In this document: positions 1 to 10,480 of the stretch, piece after piece | Layout: each line of letters begins with the position of its first letter | Position numbering within the stretch: the stretch's first letter is position 1 | Origin: an uncultured bacterium | GTDB lineage: Bacteria; Hydrothermota; Tepidihabitantia; Tepidihabitantales; DTDR01 | NCBI GenBank assembly: GCA_964505415.1 | Contig: CAZDHW010000006.1 | Span: 14,878 to 78,877, forward strand | DNA: 64,000 nt | Direction of reading: 5' to 3' | Notes under the pieces: model-generated | What the model was told of the DNA's origin: nothing | What the model saw: only the letters and a program-made list of their open reading frames with translations | Database searches by the model: none | Program-made: the position numbers and the translations under genes

Positions 1-657
1 TAAAATTTGGTAAGCTCTTTCTGCCTGTCTTTGGGCAATACTTCTACTTAATTTGCCTACTTTGGAAATTATTTTAACTCTTTTCAATTCTCCTCTAGTT
101 AAAAACTCAAAAAAATTTTGAGTTACCTTTTTAAATGGTTCTACTTCTAAAACTACCTGGCCACCACCTACCGGATAAAAACCGTATCTTTCAATTTTCG
201 CTTGGCAAAAAAAAGAAAATTTTTTTATTGTTAAAAGAAGGACATTCTCTAAATAATCAAAAATTGGACTGAAAGGTACGTGAGTTCCTCCTTCTAACTT
301 TATCTTTGAAGATGAAGGAGCAAAAAATAATATGGGCAAAATTGCTTGGATAACGAGAGTGACAGCGCCCGCACTTTTTTTCTTTTCCGCCACGTTAAAA
401 TAATATTCGCCGCTAATAATAGTTTTGGGTATAAATTTTAAAACCAAGGAAAAAAGTTGATTACCTTCAACAGTTGCTTGAGTAATTTGGCAACAAGCGT
501 TTATTGCTGTTAAATGCTGTGGTAAAATTCCAGGTTTAGTTCTTCCTTTTCTGATGTTAGTAATAAAAAAAGGTTTTTTAAAACATGCTGAAAGAGATAA
601 AGAAGTCCTTAAGATTTGTCCACCCCCTTCGCCATAGGAACCATCAATAATAATCAT
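1..657 (-). CDS. rtcA: RNA 3'-terminal phosphate cyclase RtcA (partial; the C-terminus runs off the window start)
   Basis: Reverse-strand translation from the ATG at 657 reads MIIIDGSYGEGGGQILRTSLSL..., the typical RtcA N-terminus. There is no stop before position 1. Confidence 0.75.
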   Translation of the reverse strand, partial: MIIIDGSYGEGGGQILRTSLSLSACFKKPFFITNIRKGRTKPGILPQHLTAINACCQITQATVEGNQLFSLVLKFIPKTIISGEYYFNVAEKKKSAGAVTLVIQAILPILFFAPSSSKIKLEGGTHVPFSPIFDYLENVLLLTIKKFSFFCQAKIERYGFYPVGGGQVVLEVEPFKKVTQNFFEFLTRGELKRVKIISKVGKLSRSIAQRQAERAYQIL

Positions 658-695
658 AGGTTAATTAAAATAAAAAATTTATTTAAGTCAAATTA

Positions 696-723
696 TTGAC
701 TTATGAATTTCTCTGATTATAAT
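696..723 (+). promoter_or_regulatory. Sigma70-like promoter for rpsO (TTGACT, 16 nt spacer, TATAAT); the -35 lies inside an inverted repeat
   Basis: TTGACT at 696-701, TATAAT at 718-723, about 27 nt upstream of the rpsO ATG. Confidence 0.4.
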
Positions 724-750
724 TATTAACAATTAAAAAAAGAGGAGCCT

Positions 751-1020
751 ATGGGGTTAACAAAAGAAAGAAAAAAGGAAATTATTGAGCAATTTAGACT
801 TCACGAAAAAGATACTGGTTCACCGGAAGTACAGATTGCTATTTTAACTGAAAGAATAAAAAACTTAACTCAGCATTTGCAGATCCATAAAAAAGATAAA
901 CATTCCCGGAGAGGCTTAATAAAATTAGTAAACCAAAGGCGTAAACATCTTAATTATTTAATGAAATATCATAAAGAGCGATATCTTAAAATTATTGAAA
1001 GATTAGGTTTAAAAGGCTGA
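751..1020 (+). CDS. rpsO: 30S ribosomal protein S15
   Basis: 89 aa with the S15 signature ([26 protein letters not shown]); conserved rpsO-pnp synteny. Confidence 0.95.
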   Translation: MGLTKERKKEIIEQFRLHEKDTGSPEVQIAILTERIKNLTQHLQIHKKDKHSRRGLIKLVNQRRKHLNYLMKYHKERYLKIIERLGLKG

Positions 1021-3113
1021 TGAGTAAAGTTGAGATAGAAGTTGGAAAAAGACTTTTATCAATTGAGACGGGAAATCTCGCTCGTCAGGCTGATGGAAGT
1101 GTATTAGTCCGGTATGGTGATACGGTAGTTTTAACTACTGTTACCTATAAAAAAGAAAAAAATAATACTTTCCAAGATTTCTTGCCCTTAACGGTGGATT
1201 ATAGAGAATTAGCTTACGCAGCCGGTAAAATTCCCGGGGGTTTTTTTAAAAGAGAAGGAAAGCCTCGAGACAAAGAGATTTTGGTTTCTCGTTTGATTGA
1301 TCGTTCAATACGGCCGCTTTTTCCTAAAGGGTTTAACCAAGAGATACAAGTAATTAGTTTTCTTCTTTCCTTCGATCAAGAAAATGAAGGTGATGTGTTA
1401 GGAATTATTGGCGCTTCTGCTAGTCTGTGTTTGTCTGAAGTTCCTTTTTTGGAGCCAATAGGTGCCGTTCGAATTGGCAAAATTGAAAGAAAATATGTGG
1501 TGAATCCTACTATAAAAGAATTAGAAATCTCTACTATGGATTTAGTAATAAGTGCTACCAGAAATACCCCAGTAATGTTAGAAGGCGATGGTAAAGAAGT
1601 TTCTCCTCAAGAGATCATAGAAGCTATTGAAATAGCCATGGAAGAGATAAAAAAAATAATCGATGCCCAAGAAAGATTAATAAGTAGCCATATTACTAAA
1701 TTAGAAGTTTCGGAACGATTGGTACCGGAAGAGTTTGAGAAAGAAGTAATTAGTTTAATAAAAGAAAAAGTAATTCAAGCTTATCAAATTGTTGACAAAA
1801 AGGAAAGGCAAGAGAACTTACGAAAGATTCGGGAAGAAGTTTTTGAACTGTTAAAAGAAAAGTATCCCGATTGTGAAAATCAAATCCAATATGTAATAGA
1901 AGAAATCGCAAGAAGGTATATGCGCGAACTAATAATAAAAGACCGCAAACGAATTGATGGTCGAGCACCTGATGAAATCCGACCGCTTTCTTGTGCGGTA
2001 TCGGTATTACCTCGAACCCATGGATCTGCTATTTTTACGCGTGGTCAAACTCAATGTTTAGCTGTAGTGACTTTAGGAACCAAAAGTGACGAGCAGATTA
2101 TTGACGACTTAGAAGGAGAGGAAACAAAGCGTTTTATGCTTCATTATAATTTCCCACCCTTTTCTACCGGTGAAGTGAGACCCTTAAGAGCTCCCACCAG
2201 ACGAGAAATCGGCCATGGTTTTTTGGCCGAAAGGGCTTTTAAATATCTTTTGCCTACTGAAGAAGAATTTCCTTATACTATAAGAGTAGTTTCTGATATT
2301 TTGGAATCAAATGGTTCTTCTTCTATGGCTACAGTTTGCGGAGCTTCGCTTTCTCTTATGGATGCGGGAGTGCCTTTAAAAAAAGCGGTTGCCGGTATTG
2401 CTATGGGATTGGTTAAAGAAGATAATGATTATGTAATTCTTACAGATATCACTGGTACGGAAGACCACTATGGCGATATGGATTTTAAAATTGCTGGCAC
2501 CAAAGATGGAATTACTGCTATTCAATTAGATTTAAAAATTCAAGGTGTACCTTTAGAAATTTTAAAGGAAGCCATGGAGAAAGCTCGGGTTGCTCACAAA
2601 AAGATCTTAGAATTAATGGCTAAATCTATTGACCAACCCCGAAAATGCCTTTCTTCTTTTGCTCCCCGTGTTTTTGCTTTTCAAATTCCTAAAGATAAAA
2701 TCGGTGCGGTAATCGGAACCGGGGGAAAAGTTATTAGAAAAATAATTGACGAAACTAATACGGAGATTTTTATTGAGGATGATGGGAAAATAACCATTTC
2801 TGGTCCAACGGAAGAAGCAATTGAAAAAGCTAAATCAAGAATTATGGCAATCGTCGAAGATGTAGAGGTGGGTAAAGTTTATTTGGGAGAAGTTAAAAGA
2901 ATAGCTCCTTTCGGTGTGTTTATTGAAATCGCCCCCGGTAAAGAAGGACTTTGTCACATATCTCAATGGGCTAATTATAGAGTTAAAAATTTGTCTAACG
3001 AAGTAAAAATAGGTGATAAAGTTTTTGTTCGAGTAATTGCTATCGATGAAATGGGTAGGATTCAATTATCGCGAAAAGCTGTAGGAGTAAATGATACTAA
3101 AAGAAAAAATTGA
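1020..3113 (+). CDS. pnp: Polynucleotide phosphorylase
   Basis: 697 aa with RNase PH domains plus KH and S1 domains at the C-terminus. The N-terminus [38 protein letters not shown] is typical of PNPase. Confidence 0.95.
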   Translation: MSKVEIEVGKRLLSIETGNLARQADGSVLVRYGDTVVLTTVTYKKEKNNTFQDFLPLTVDYRELAYAAGKIPGGFFKREGKPRDKEILVSRLIDRSIRPLFPKGFNQEIQVISFLLSFDQENEGDVLGIIGASASLCLSEVPFLEPIGAVRIGKIERKYVVNPTIKELEISTMDLVISATRNTPVMLEGDGKEVSPQEIIEAIEIAMEEIKKIIDAQERLISSHITKLEVSERLVPEEFEKEVISLIKEKVIQAYQIVDKKERQENLRKIREEVFELLKEKYPDCENQIQYVIEEIARRYMRELIIKDRKRIDGRAPDEIRPLSCAVSVLPRTHGSAIFTRGQTQCLAVVTLGTKSDEQIIDDLEGEETKRFMLHYNFPPFSTGEVRPLRAPTRREIGHGFLAERAFKYLLPTEEEFPYTIRVVSDILESNGSSSMATVCGASLSLMDAGVPLKKAVAGIAMGLVKEDNDYVILTDITGTEDHYGDMDFKIAGTKDGITAIQLDLKIQGVPLEILKEAMEKARVAHKKILELMAKSIDQPRKCLSSFAPRVFAFQIPKDKIGAVIGTGGKVIRKIIDETNTEIFIEDDGKITISGPTEEAIEKAKSRIMAIVEDVEVGKVYLGEVKRIAPFGVFIEIAPGKEGLCHISQWANYRVKNLSNEVKIGDKVFVRVIAIDEMGRIQLSRKAVGVNDTKRKN

Positions 3114-4356
3114 TGGCGTTACGACAATTTTAGAACATCGACCTTACCATCCTTCGGTTGCTCTTTGTATTGCTTTTAATCATGGTTCTCGCGATGAGCC
3201 TTTAAATATGAATGGAGTCTCTCATTTTGTGGAGCACATGCTTTTTAAAGGAACTAAAAATAAAACTGCTAAAGAAATTTCTTATTATGCCGAATCCATC
3301 GGTTGTATCTTGGATGCTTTTACTGGCAAAGAGATGACCGGTATTTATGCTCGATTTTTAAAAGAATTTGCTAAATCGGTATGCGAATTGCTCACTGAAA
3401 TAGTTTCTTATCCACTTTTTAATTCTCAAGAATTTGAAAAAGAAAAAGAAGTAATAATTGAAGAAATAAAACAGTCTAATGAAGATGATGAGGATATTTT
3501 ATTTAATCTTTTTTTTCAAACTCTTTTTCCTAATTCTTCCTTGGGAATGCCAATTGCCGGTGAGATAGAAACAATTAAAAAATTTACTCCTGAAATAGTT
3601 AAAAAGTTTTATCAAGAAAACTATACCAAAGATAAAATGGTTGTTTGTGCCGTGGGTGATTTAGATAATTTCGACGTTTACCGACAGATAGGCAAACAAC
3701 TTTTTTTAAAAGAAAAAGGAGAAATAGAAAGAAAGATTAACGAAATATCTCAGGCTAATAAAATTGGTGTTAAAAGGAAAAGAGATTTGGATAGTGTACA
3801 TTTTGTTTTAGGGAAAAAGATATTTTTAAAAGAGGAAATCGAAAAATATGCGGTAGCAATTTTTAACACTTCTTTGGGTGGTTCTCTTTCGTCTCGACTT
3901 TTCCAACGGTTAAGAGAAGATGAAGGTTTAGTATATCAAATTTCTTCTTTTGTAGATTTTTATGTTGATGTAGGAATTTTTGGTGTTTACTTTGTTTGTG
4001 ATAAAATAAAATTGGAGAAAACTCTAAATATAGTAGTTGAAGAGCTAATAAAATTGAAAGAAAAAAAACTTACCCAAAGAGAATATGAAATTGCTTTGAA
4101 TTATACTAAAGGAGCAATCGTTATTCATTTAGAAAATCCATTAAATCGGGGTTTTAATTTGGCAAAAAATGAATTTATTTATGGTCGTTGTTTTTCGGTT
4201 CAAGAAATTTTAGATACTTATACTCAAATAAGAAAAGAACAAGTTGATTTGGTAACGGAAAAAATTTTAAATTCTTTAAAAGATTTTAGTGTTGCCAGTG
4301 TAGGTAATATTAGTGAGGAGGATATAAGTAAAATTTTACCCAAAGAACTGCAGTAA
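3091..4356 (+). CDS. M16 family zinc peptidase (insulinase-like)
   Basis: HFVEH (HxxEH) inverted zinc-binding motif; the usual position after pnp. Confidence 0.8.
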   Translation: MILKEKIDGVTTILEHRPYHPSVALCIAFNHGSRDEPLNMNGVSHFVEHMLFKGTKNKTAKEISYYAESIGCILDAFTGKEMTGIYARFLKEFAKSVCELLTEIVSYPLFNSQEFEKEKEVIIEEIKQSNEDDEDILFNLFFQTLFPNSSLGMPIAGEIETIKKFTPEIVKKFYQENYTKDKMVVCAVGDLDNFDVYRQIGKQLFLKEKGEIERKINEISQANKIGVKRKRDLDSVHFVLGKKIFLKEEIEKYAVAIFNTSLGGSLSSRLFQRLREDEGLVYQISSFVDFYVDVGIFGVYFVCDKIKLEKTLNIVVEELIKLKEKKLTQREYEIALNYTKGAIVIHLENPLNRGFNLAKNEFIYGRCFSVQEILDTYTQIRKEQVDLVTEKILNSLKDFSVASVGNISEEDISKILPKELQ

Positions 4357-4367
4357 AAGGAGGAATA

Positions 4368-5354
4368 ATGGAAGTTTTATTTTTAAATCTAAAAGATGTA
4401 AGGAAAATTTTAAAAATGGAAATTGCTCTCCAAGCGGTAGAAAAAGCTTTCTACGAAAAAGGAATGGGACGAGTAATTATGCCGCCAAAAGTATATCTTT
4501 TTTACGAGAAATATCAAGGAGATATTAGGGTAATGCCTTCTTATCTTCCTACTTACGAAATATCTGGCGTTAAAGTTGTTAATGTTCACCCTAATAATCC
4601 CTTGAAATATAAATTGCCCAGTGTTATGGCCACGATTGTTTTAATCTCGCCGAAAAACGGAGCACCGTTAGCAATTTTAGATGGTACTGAAATTACTAAT
4701 ATTCGCACTGGGGCAGCCGGCGGAATAGCGACAAAATATTTGGCTCGTAAAAATGCTTCTGTACTTTCTTTAGTAGGAGCCGGTGTTCAAGCAGAGACTC
4801 AACTGTTAGCAATTGTTAAAGTTAGAAAAATTAAAAAAGTTAAGATTTTTGATATTAACTATAAAGTAGCTAAAAACTTTCAAAAAAAATTTCAACCCCA
4901 ATTAGGCATACCTATTGTCATTTGTTCTTCTATTGAAGAATGTGTTCAAGATGCCGATATTATTTCTACTCAGACACCGGTAAGAGAACCAATAGTAAAA
5001 GCGGAATGGATTAAACCCGGTACCCATATTAATGCTATTGGTGCTGATGCGCCAGGAAAAGAAGAGTTAGATCCAGAGATATTAAAAAAAGGAAGAATAT
5101 ATATTGACGATTGGGAGCAAGCATCTCATTCGGGTGAAATTAATGTACCCTTAGAAAAGGGAATTATTAAAAAAGAAGATATCAAGGGTGAATTAGGAGA
5201 AGTCATTTGTGGCAAAATTCCTGGTCGCGAAAAAGATGATGAAATTACAATTTTCGATTCTACCGGTTTGGGAATTCAAGATTTAGTATGTGCTTATCAA
5301 GTTTATAAAATAGCAAAAAGAAAAAAAATCGGTAGAAAAATTCTCTTTTTTTAA
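4368..5354 (+). CDS. Ornithine cyclodeaminase / mu-crystallin family protein
   Basis: Rossmann-like GAGVQA motif and an OCD-family N-terminal region. Confidence 0.6.
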   Translation: MEVLFLNLKDVRKILKMEIALQAVEKAFYEKGMGRVIMPPKVYLFYEKYQGDIRVMPSYLPTYEISGVKVVNVHPNNPLKYKLPSVMATIVLISPKNGAPLAILDGTEITNIRTGAAGGIATKYLARKNASVLSLVGAGVQAETQLLAIVKVRKIKKVKIFDINYKVAKNFQKKFQPQLGIPIVICSSIEECVQDADIISTQTPVREPIVKAEWIKPGTHINAIGADAPGKEELDPEILKKGRIYIDDWEQASHSGEINVPLEKGIIKKEDIKGELGEVICGKIPGREKDDEITIFDSTGLGIQDLVCAYQVYKIAKRKKIGRKILFF

Positions 5355-5357
5355 TGG

Positions 5358-6506
5358 ATGAGAATCTTAATGGTATCCGATGTCTATTTTCCTTATATTG
5401 GTGGTATACCGGTTCATATTTATAATCTGGCTCAAGAATTGAGAAAAAGAAATCATATAGTAAAAATATTGACTACCAGATTCTCAGTTAATCGACTATT
5501 TAAAATTACTAATCCTTTATACCCGGAAAAAGATGATGAAAAGAATGTTTATCGAGTAGGAAAAGCATTAGTTTTTCGTGCTAATAAATCCTTTGCTTCT
5601 TTTCCATTTGGTTGGCGATTAGGTAAGCAGGTTAAAAAAATAGTGGAAGAGAACAATTTCGATATTATTCATATTCACGGTTCTTTAGCCCCGGTTTTGC
5701 CACTTTATATTTTGAAATTTTCTAAATCAAAAAATGTAATAACCCTTCATTCTTATTTTAAGAACAGTTTAGGTTATATATTTTTTCGTCCTTTTTTATA
5801 TCCTTTTTTTAAAAAATTACACGGAATTATTGCTGTTTCTAATGCGGCTAAAATAGCAACAGAAAAATATTTTCCTGGTCGATATGAAATAATTCCTAAT
5901 GGTGTTAATATTAATTTTTTTACCCCAGAAGTACGTCCTTTTGAAAAATATTTTAATTATTATCCACGATTGTTATTTGTAGGTAGGTTTGAGCCGCGAA
6001 AAGGTTTGAAATACCTTTTACAAGCACTCCCGTTAATAAAAAAAGAATTTCCTAACTTTTTACTTTTAATTATAGGCAAAGGAGTATTGGGATATTCTTA
6101 TTATGAATACCTCTCTTCAGAAGTTAAAAAAAATGTAGTGTTCTGTGGTGCTGTTCCTTTTGAAGATTTACCTCGTTATTATACTACTTGTAATATTTTT
6201 ATAGCTCCTTCTATAGGTGCTGAAAGTTTTGGTATTATCCTCCTAGAAGCAATGGCGTGTGGTCGACCAATAGTAGCTTCTAACATTCCTGGTTATCGAG
6301 AAATTGTGGAAAATGGAAAAGAAGGATTTTTGGTTTCTCCTTGCGATTTTAAAGAAATTGCCGAAAAAGTAATTAAATTAGCGAAAGATCCATCGATGGC
6401 AAAAAAAATGGGGGAAAGGGGACGAGAAAAAGCTTTAAATTACAGCTGGGAAAAAATCGGCATAAGGGTGGAGAATTTTTATTATAAAATACTTGCTTCT
6501 CCTTAA
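5358..6506 (+). CDS. Glycosyltransferase family 4 (PimA/MshA-like)
   Basis: GT4 C-terminal EAMACGRPIVAS and ExxxxE region; paralog of the CDS at 47830-48975. Confidence 0.8.
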   Translation: MRILMVSDVYFPYIGGIPVHIYNLAQELRKRNHIVKILTTRFSVNRLFKITNPLYPEKDDEKNVYRVGKALVFRANKSFASFPFGWRLGKQVKKIVEENNFDIIHIHGSLAPVLPLYILKFSKSKNVITLHSYFKNSLGYIFFRPFLYPFFKKLHGIIAVSNAAKIATEKYFPGRYEIIPNGVNINFFTPEVRPFEKYFNYYPRLLFVGRFEPRKGLKYLLQALPLIKKEFPNFLLLIIGKGVLGYSYYEYLSSEVKKNVVFCGAVPFEDLPRYYTTCNIFIAPSIGAESFGIILLEAMACGRPIVASNIPGYREIVENGKEGFLVSPCDFKEIAEKVIKLAKDPSMAKKMGERGREKALNYSWEKIGIRVENFYYKILASP

Positions 6507-6512
6507 TAAATT

Positions 6513-7832
6513 ATGATTGACCGGACTATTAAAAAAAATGAATTTTTTAATCTTTTTAAAATAAAAAATTTTATGATTTTTTCAATTTCCCAAGCCTTTT
6601 CTCTTTTTGGGGATAAGTTAGATTATATGGCGCTTTTAGGCATGATCAGTTTTTTAGGACAAAAAAAAAATCTAGATCCTTCCCGAGCAATTTCACTTCT
6701 TTCGGTTGTTATTACTCTTCCCACAGTAATCTTTGGTCCTTTTGCGGGAATTTTTATTGATCGTTGGGATAAAAAGAAAATTTTAATCTATAGTGATTTT
6801 TTTCGAGCTCTTTTAGTGGGGGTGATTCCATTTTTAATTCTTAAAACCTTAAATTTAATTTATATATACATAATTTGTTTTGTAGTTTTTTTATTAGGTT
6901 TATTTTTTAATGCTACTCGTTTATCTATTATTCCTTATTTAGTGGCAAAAAGAAGGTTATTGGCAGCCAATTCTTTTAATAATTTATTAGGAAGATTAGC
7001 TACTCTTTTAGGTATTTTGGTGGGTGGTTTTATTGTTGATTGGAAGATTTGGGAAAAAATTGGTATTTCCCATAGTTGGGCAGCAGGCTTTTATATAGAT
7101 GCTTTTACTTATTGGGTCTCGGTTGTCGCCTTAATTTATCTTTTTGCTCGAGTAAAATTAAGAAAAATAAATTTAGAAGATATTGGCGTAGAAAAACCAA
7201 AAAATTTTTTAAATTTAATTTTAGTTAATTTAAAAGTTATGATTAACGATTTTAAAAAAACTTCTCAGTTTGTTTTTAAAAATTCCGAAGTTCAGATAGT
7301 GATGATATCCATTTTTTTATTTGTAATTTTGGGCGCAGCCGCTTTGGTGCTTTATATACCTATCGTCCAGGAAGAAAATTTTAAATTGGGTACTTCCGGA
7401 GTAGGTTTTTTAGGTACCATAGGGTCTTTAGGGTTAATTTTAAGCTCCTTTGCTTACGGAATTTTGGGATATAAAGTAGAAAGAAAATTAGTTTTAACTG
7501 GAAGTTTTTTTATTTTTGGCGTATTAGCAATTTTTTTGTCTTTGGTTAAAAATCTCCCGTTGGTAATTTTCTTAATTTTTCTGTGCGGTTTTTTACTTTC
7601 GCCCATTTTCGTTATTCAAGATACTATATTGCAAGAAAGTGTTCCCGAAGAATTGCGGGGAAAAATTTTTTCGTTAAAAGAATGGTTTCTTCATTTATTT
7701 TTTGGTTTTTTTGCTTTGGTTATTGGACAGCTAACTTATTTTTTTCAGCGTGCCAAAATTTTATTTTTTATTGGTATTTTGGTAATTATTTCTTCTTTAA
7801 TTGTATTTTTTGTCTACCGTAACAAAAAATAA
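6513..7832 (+). CDS. Polytopic membrane transporter, probably MFS
   Basis: About 12 predicted hydrophobic helices; no recognisable catalytic motifs. Confidence 0.5.
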   Translation: MIDRTIKKNEFFNLFKIKNFMIFSISQAFSLFGDKLDYMALLGMISFLGQKKNLDPSRAISLLSVVITLPTVIFGPFAGIFIDRWDKKKILIYSDFFRALLVGVIPFLILKTLNLIYIYIICFVVFLLGLFFNATRLSIIPYLVAKRRLLAANSFNNLLGRLATLLGILVGGFIVDWKIWEKIGISHSWAAGFYIDAFTYWVSVVALIYLFARVKLRKINLEDIGVEKPKNFLNLILVNLKVMINDFKKTSQFVFKNSEVQIVMISIFLFVILGAAALVLYIPIVQEENFKLGTSGVGFLGTIGSLGLILSSFAYGILGYKVERKLVLTGSFFIFGVLAIFLSLVKNLPLVIFLIFLCGFLLSPIFVIQDTILQESVPEELRGKIFSLKEWFLHLFFGFFALVIGQLTYFFQRAKILFFIGILVIISSLIVFFVYRNKK

Positions 7833-7838
7833 TGTCCT

Positions 7839-9137
7839 TTAATAAGGATTTTCGTATATCAAAATTGATTTGAAAGTCAAAAGAATAATGGCTAAATCTA
7901 ACCATAGAGACCAATTTTTAACATAATATTCATCCAACAAAAGCCTTTCTTCTAAAGAAAGATTTCCTCTTCCGGAAATTTGCCACAGCCCAGTCAAACC
8001 AGGTTTAACTTTGGAGATTAATGGTAAATAATTTTTGATTAATTCCTGTTCCTCCGGTAGATAGGGGCGGGGGCCGACTAAAGACATTTCACCTTTTAAG
8101 ATATTTATCAATTGAGGTAATTCGTCTAAACTAAACCTTCTTAAAATTTTTCCGATGGGAGTTATCAATTTTTCACTCCCCGGAACTTTTAATTTTTTTT
8201 GCCATTCGTTAAAATGTTGCTTTTTAAAAATTTCTTGATATTTTTGGGCATGAGTTTTCATAGTTCGAAATTTATAAATTGTAAAAATATTGCCGCCTAA
8301 ACCAATTCTTTTTTGTTTATAAAAAATTGGGCCTGGCGAGGTTAATTTTATTAAAATAGCAATCAATAAAAATAAAGGTAGAGATAATATAAAAATAATT
8401 GTTGATAAAACGTAATCAATAACTGTTTTTAGAAAAATATTAAAAGGTTTTAAAAGATTATATTTTGGTTTTAAAAAAAGATAACTGCCAATCTTTTCCA
8501 GTTCTACATCTTGGGTTTCTAAAATATTTAGATCAGCTAAAACAAAAGTTTCTGAAAACGGCAAAGATGGTTTTTCTTTTAAAGATTTATTAGTTAAAAT
8601 AACCACATCGGGTACTTCTTCACCATTGGTTATTTGGTAGCCTAAATACTTTCGGCGGTTAATTTCTTTTTTAATTTCTTCAGCTATATTTTCTTCTCCA
8701 ACAATTTTAACTTTCTTAACAAAAAAACTAATTTTGGCGAGTAAAAATTTAATAAACCATCGGGTAAGAGGTAACAAAATTAACGAAAAAAAGAAAGCCA
8801 ATAATATCACTAATCGAGAAAAAACATAGATTTGAGTTAGATAAGCTAAAAAAATGATAATTATTGTTCCTAACAAAAGTCCTTTCCATAATTTTTGAAG
8901 TTCTTCAGCAATATCAAATCTTTTGCTATATAAATCGTTAAAAAAAAATATTAAAAGATAAATAAATAAAAAATAAAAACGAGAACGAAAAATAATAAAA
9001 GGTAAAGGATTAGAAAGATTAGGAAAAATTTTCGGTAAAATTATTGCTCTTATTAAATAACTTAAAAAATAAGAAAAAGATAAACTTCCGAAATCAGTAG
9101 CTAAAAAAATTATAGCGGTAAATAAGTTTTTTTTCAT
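7839..9137 (-). CDS. Undecaprenyl-phosphate sugar phosphotransferase (WbaP/ExoY-like bacterial sugar transferase)
   Basis: C-terminal bacterial sugar transferase domain (PGLTGLWQISGR, DEYYVKNWSLWLD) preceded by TM helices. Confidence 0.85.
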   Translation of the reverse strand: MKKNLFTAIIFLATDFGSLSFSYFLSYLIRAIILPKIFPNLSNPLPFIIFRSRFYFLFIYLLIFFFNDLYSKRFDIAEELQKLWKGLLLGTIIIIFLAYLTQIYVFSRLVILLAFFFSLILLPLTRWFIKFLLAKISFFVKKVKIVGEENIAEEIKKEINRRKYLGYQITNGEEVPDVVILTNKSLKEKPSLPFSETFVLADLNILETQDVELEKIGSYLFLKPKYNLLKPFNIFLKTVIDYVLSTIIFILSLPLFLLIAILIKLTSPGPIFYKQKRIGLGGNIFTIYKFRTMKTHAQKYQEIFKKQHFNEWQKKLKVPGSEKLITPIGKILRRFSLDELPQLINILKGEMSLVGPRPYLPEEQELIKNYLPLISKVKPGLTGLWQISGRGNLSLEERLLLDEYYVKNWSLWLDLAIILLTFKSILIYENPY

Positions 9138-9208
9138 TTATTGATTATAATGAGATTTTGGTTAATGTCAACATTGATTTTTAAATAAATTTTTATAAAA
9201 TTACTACA

Positions 9209-10480
9209 ATGATTACATTCGTTATTTATTTAGTAATAATTACTCAACAAATTACTTCCTCGCCTTCTTTTTTGCCTTCAACAATTTCTGGCACGGTTGG
9301 AACTTCATTTTCCTCAGCCAGAGCCGGAGAGTTAATTGGTGTAGAAGCGCCCATAATTTCTGAAGAATATATATTAATGCCGGGCGATAATTTGTTAGTT
9401 ACTCTTAAAGGCAAAATAAATTATTCTTACACCACTTGGGTTACTTATGAAGGTAAGATTCAAATTATGCTGAAAACTAATCTTCCAGAAAAATTAGAGA
9501 CTGTGGATGTAATAAGAATAAGTGGGCTAACAATAAAAGAGGCTCAAGATTCTTTAACCAAAATTTTTCTTAAATATTACAAAGATATCCAAGTTACTCT
9601 TACTCTTGTTGGCCTTCGCTCAGGTGTGGTATTAGTTACGGGAGAAGTATATTATCCGGGAACTTATTATGCTTTGCCAGTAGAAAGAGTTTCTCAAATA
9701 ATTGCGAAAGCGGGTGGAATAACTCCTAATGGTTCAAAAATAAATGTAAAATTAATAAGAGGCAAAGATACTTTAAAAGTTAATATTGAAAAATTTGAAA
9801 ATGAAGGGGATATAACAGCAAATCCTTTTGTTCAATCAGGTGATAAAATTTATGTTCCACCGATTACCAAAAGTGTTCAAGTAAAAGGAGCAATTTTTGG
9901 TCGCGGAGAATACCGTTTAAGAACCGCGGTTACTACTGTAGAAAGAGAAAGATTTAGCGAAGGCGAATACGAATTAGGGGAAGGAGAGAGGTTGCTAGAT
10001 GTGTTGAAAAAAGCTGGCGGAGTAACTCCGTGGGCAGATTTGGATAATGCCTATTTAGAAAGAGAAATACCTAACGCTTCTAAGGTTAGAATACCTCTTA
10101 ATTTAAGAAAATTGTTAATAGAGAAAGATTATTCTTATAATTTAGAATTAAAAAATGGCGATGTAATTTATATTCCGGAAAGAGAAAATAATATTTATGT
10201 AAACGGTGAAGTGGTAAATCCGCAAGCGTTTAAATTTCAGCATAATTTGACACTTTCTCAATATATCGCTATGGCCGGGGGGTATACTCGATATGCGGAC
10301 GTTAAAAAAACTTACGTTATAAGAAAAGGTAAAAAAATTTCAAAAATAGCCAATTTGGAACTTTTGCCAGGAGATATTATTTTTGTACCGCGTATACCTT
10401 TAAAATTTTGGGAAGATTATTTGCAAATTTTTTCGGCTTTTTTCCCAGTAGCGCTAACAATTCTTTACTCTCTAAAATAA
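9209..10480 (+). CDS. Polysaccharide export protein (Wza-like, Poly_export plus SLBB domains)
   Basis: MPGDNLLVTL, SGDKIYVP and NGDVIYIP repeats typical of the Wza family; divergent from the sugar transferase. Confidence 0.65.
   Translation: MITFVIYLVIITQQITSSPSFLPSTISGTVGTSFSSARAGELIGVEAPIISEEYILMPGDNLLVTLKGKINYSYTTWVTYEGKIQIMLKTNLPEKLETVDVIRISGLTIKEAQDSLTKIFLKYYKDIQVTLTLVGLRSGVVLVTGEVYYPGTYYALPVERVSQIIAKAGGITPNGSKINVKLIRGKDTLKVNIEKFENEGDITANPFVQSGDKIYVPPITKSVQVKGAIFGRGEYRLRTAVTTVERERFSEGEYELGEGERLLDVLKKAGGVTPWADLDNAYLEREIPNASKVRIPLNLRKLLIEKDYSYNLELKNGDVIYIPERENNIYVNGEVVNPQAFKFQHNLTLSQYIAMAGGYTRYADVKKTYVIRKGKKISKIANLELLPGDIIFVPRIPLKFWEDYLQIFSAFFPVALTILYSLK

Noticed and set aside
6513-7832. 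Polytopic membrane protein considered as an O-antigen flippase or polymerase (Wzx/Wzy) because of the neighbouring polysaccharide genes
   Set aside because: Topology and size fit a 12-TM MFS-type transporter equally well and there is no diagnostic motif, so it is kept as a generic transporter.
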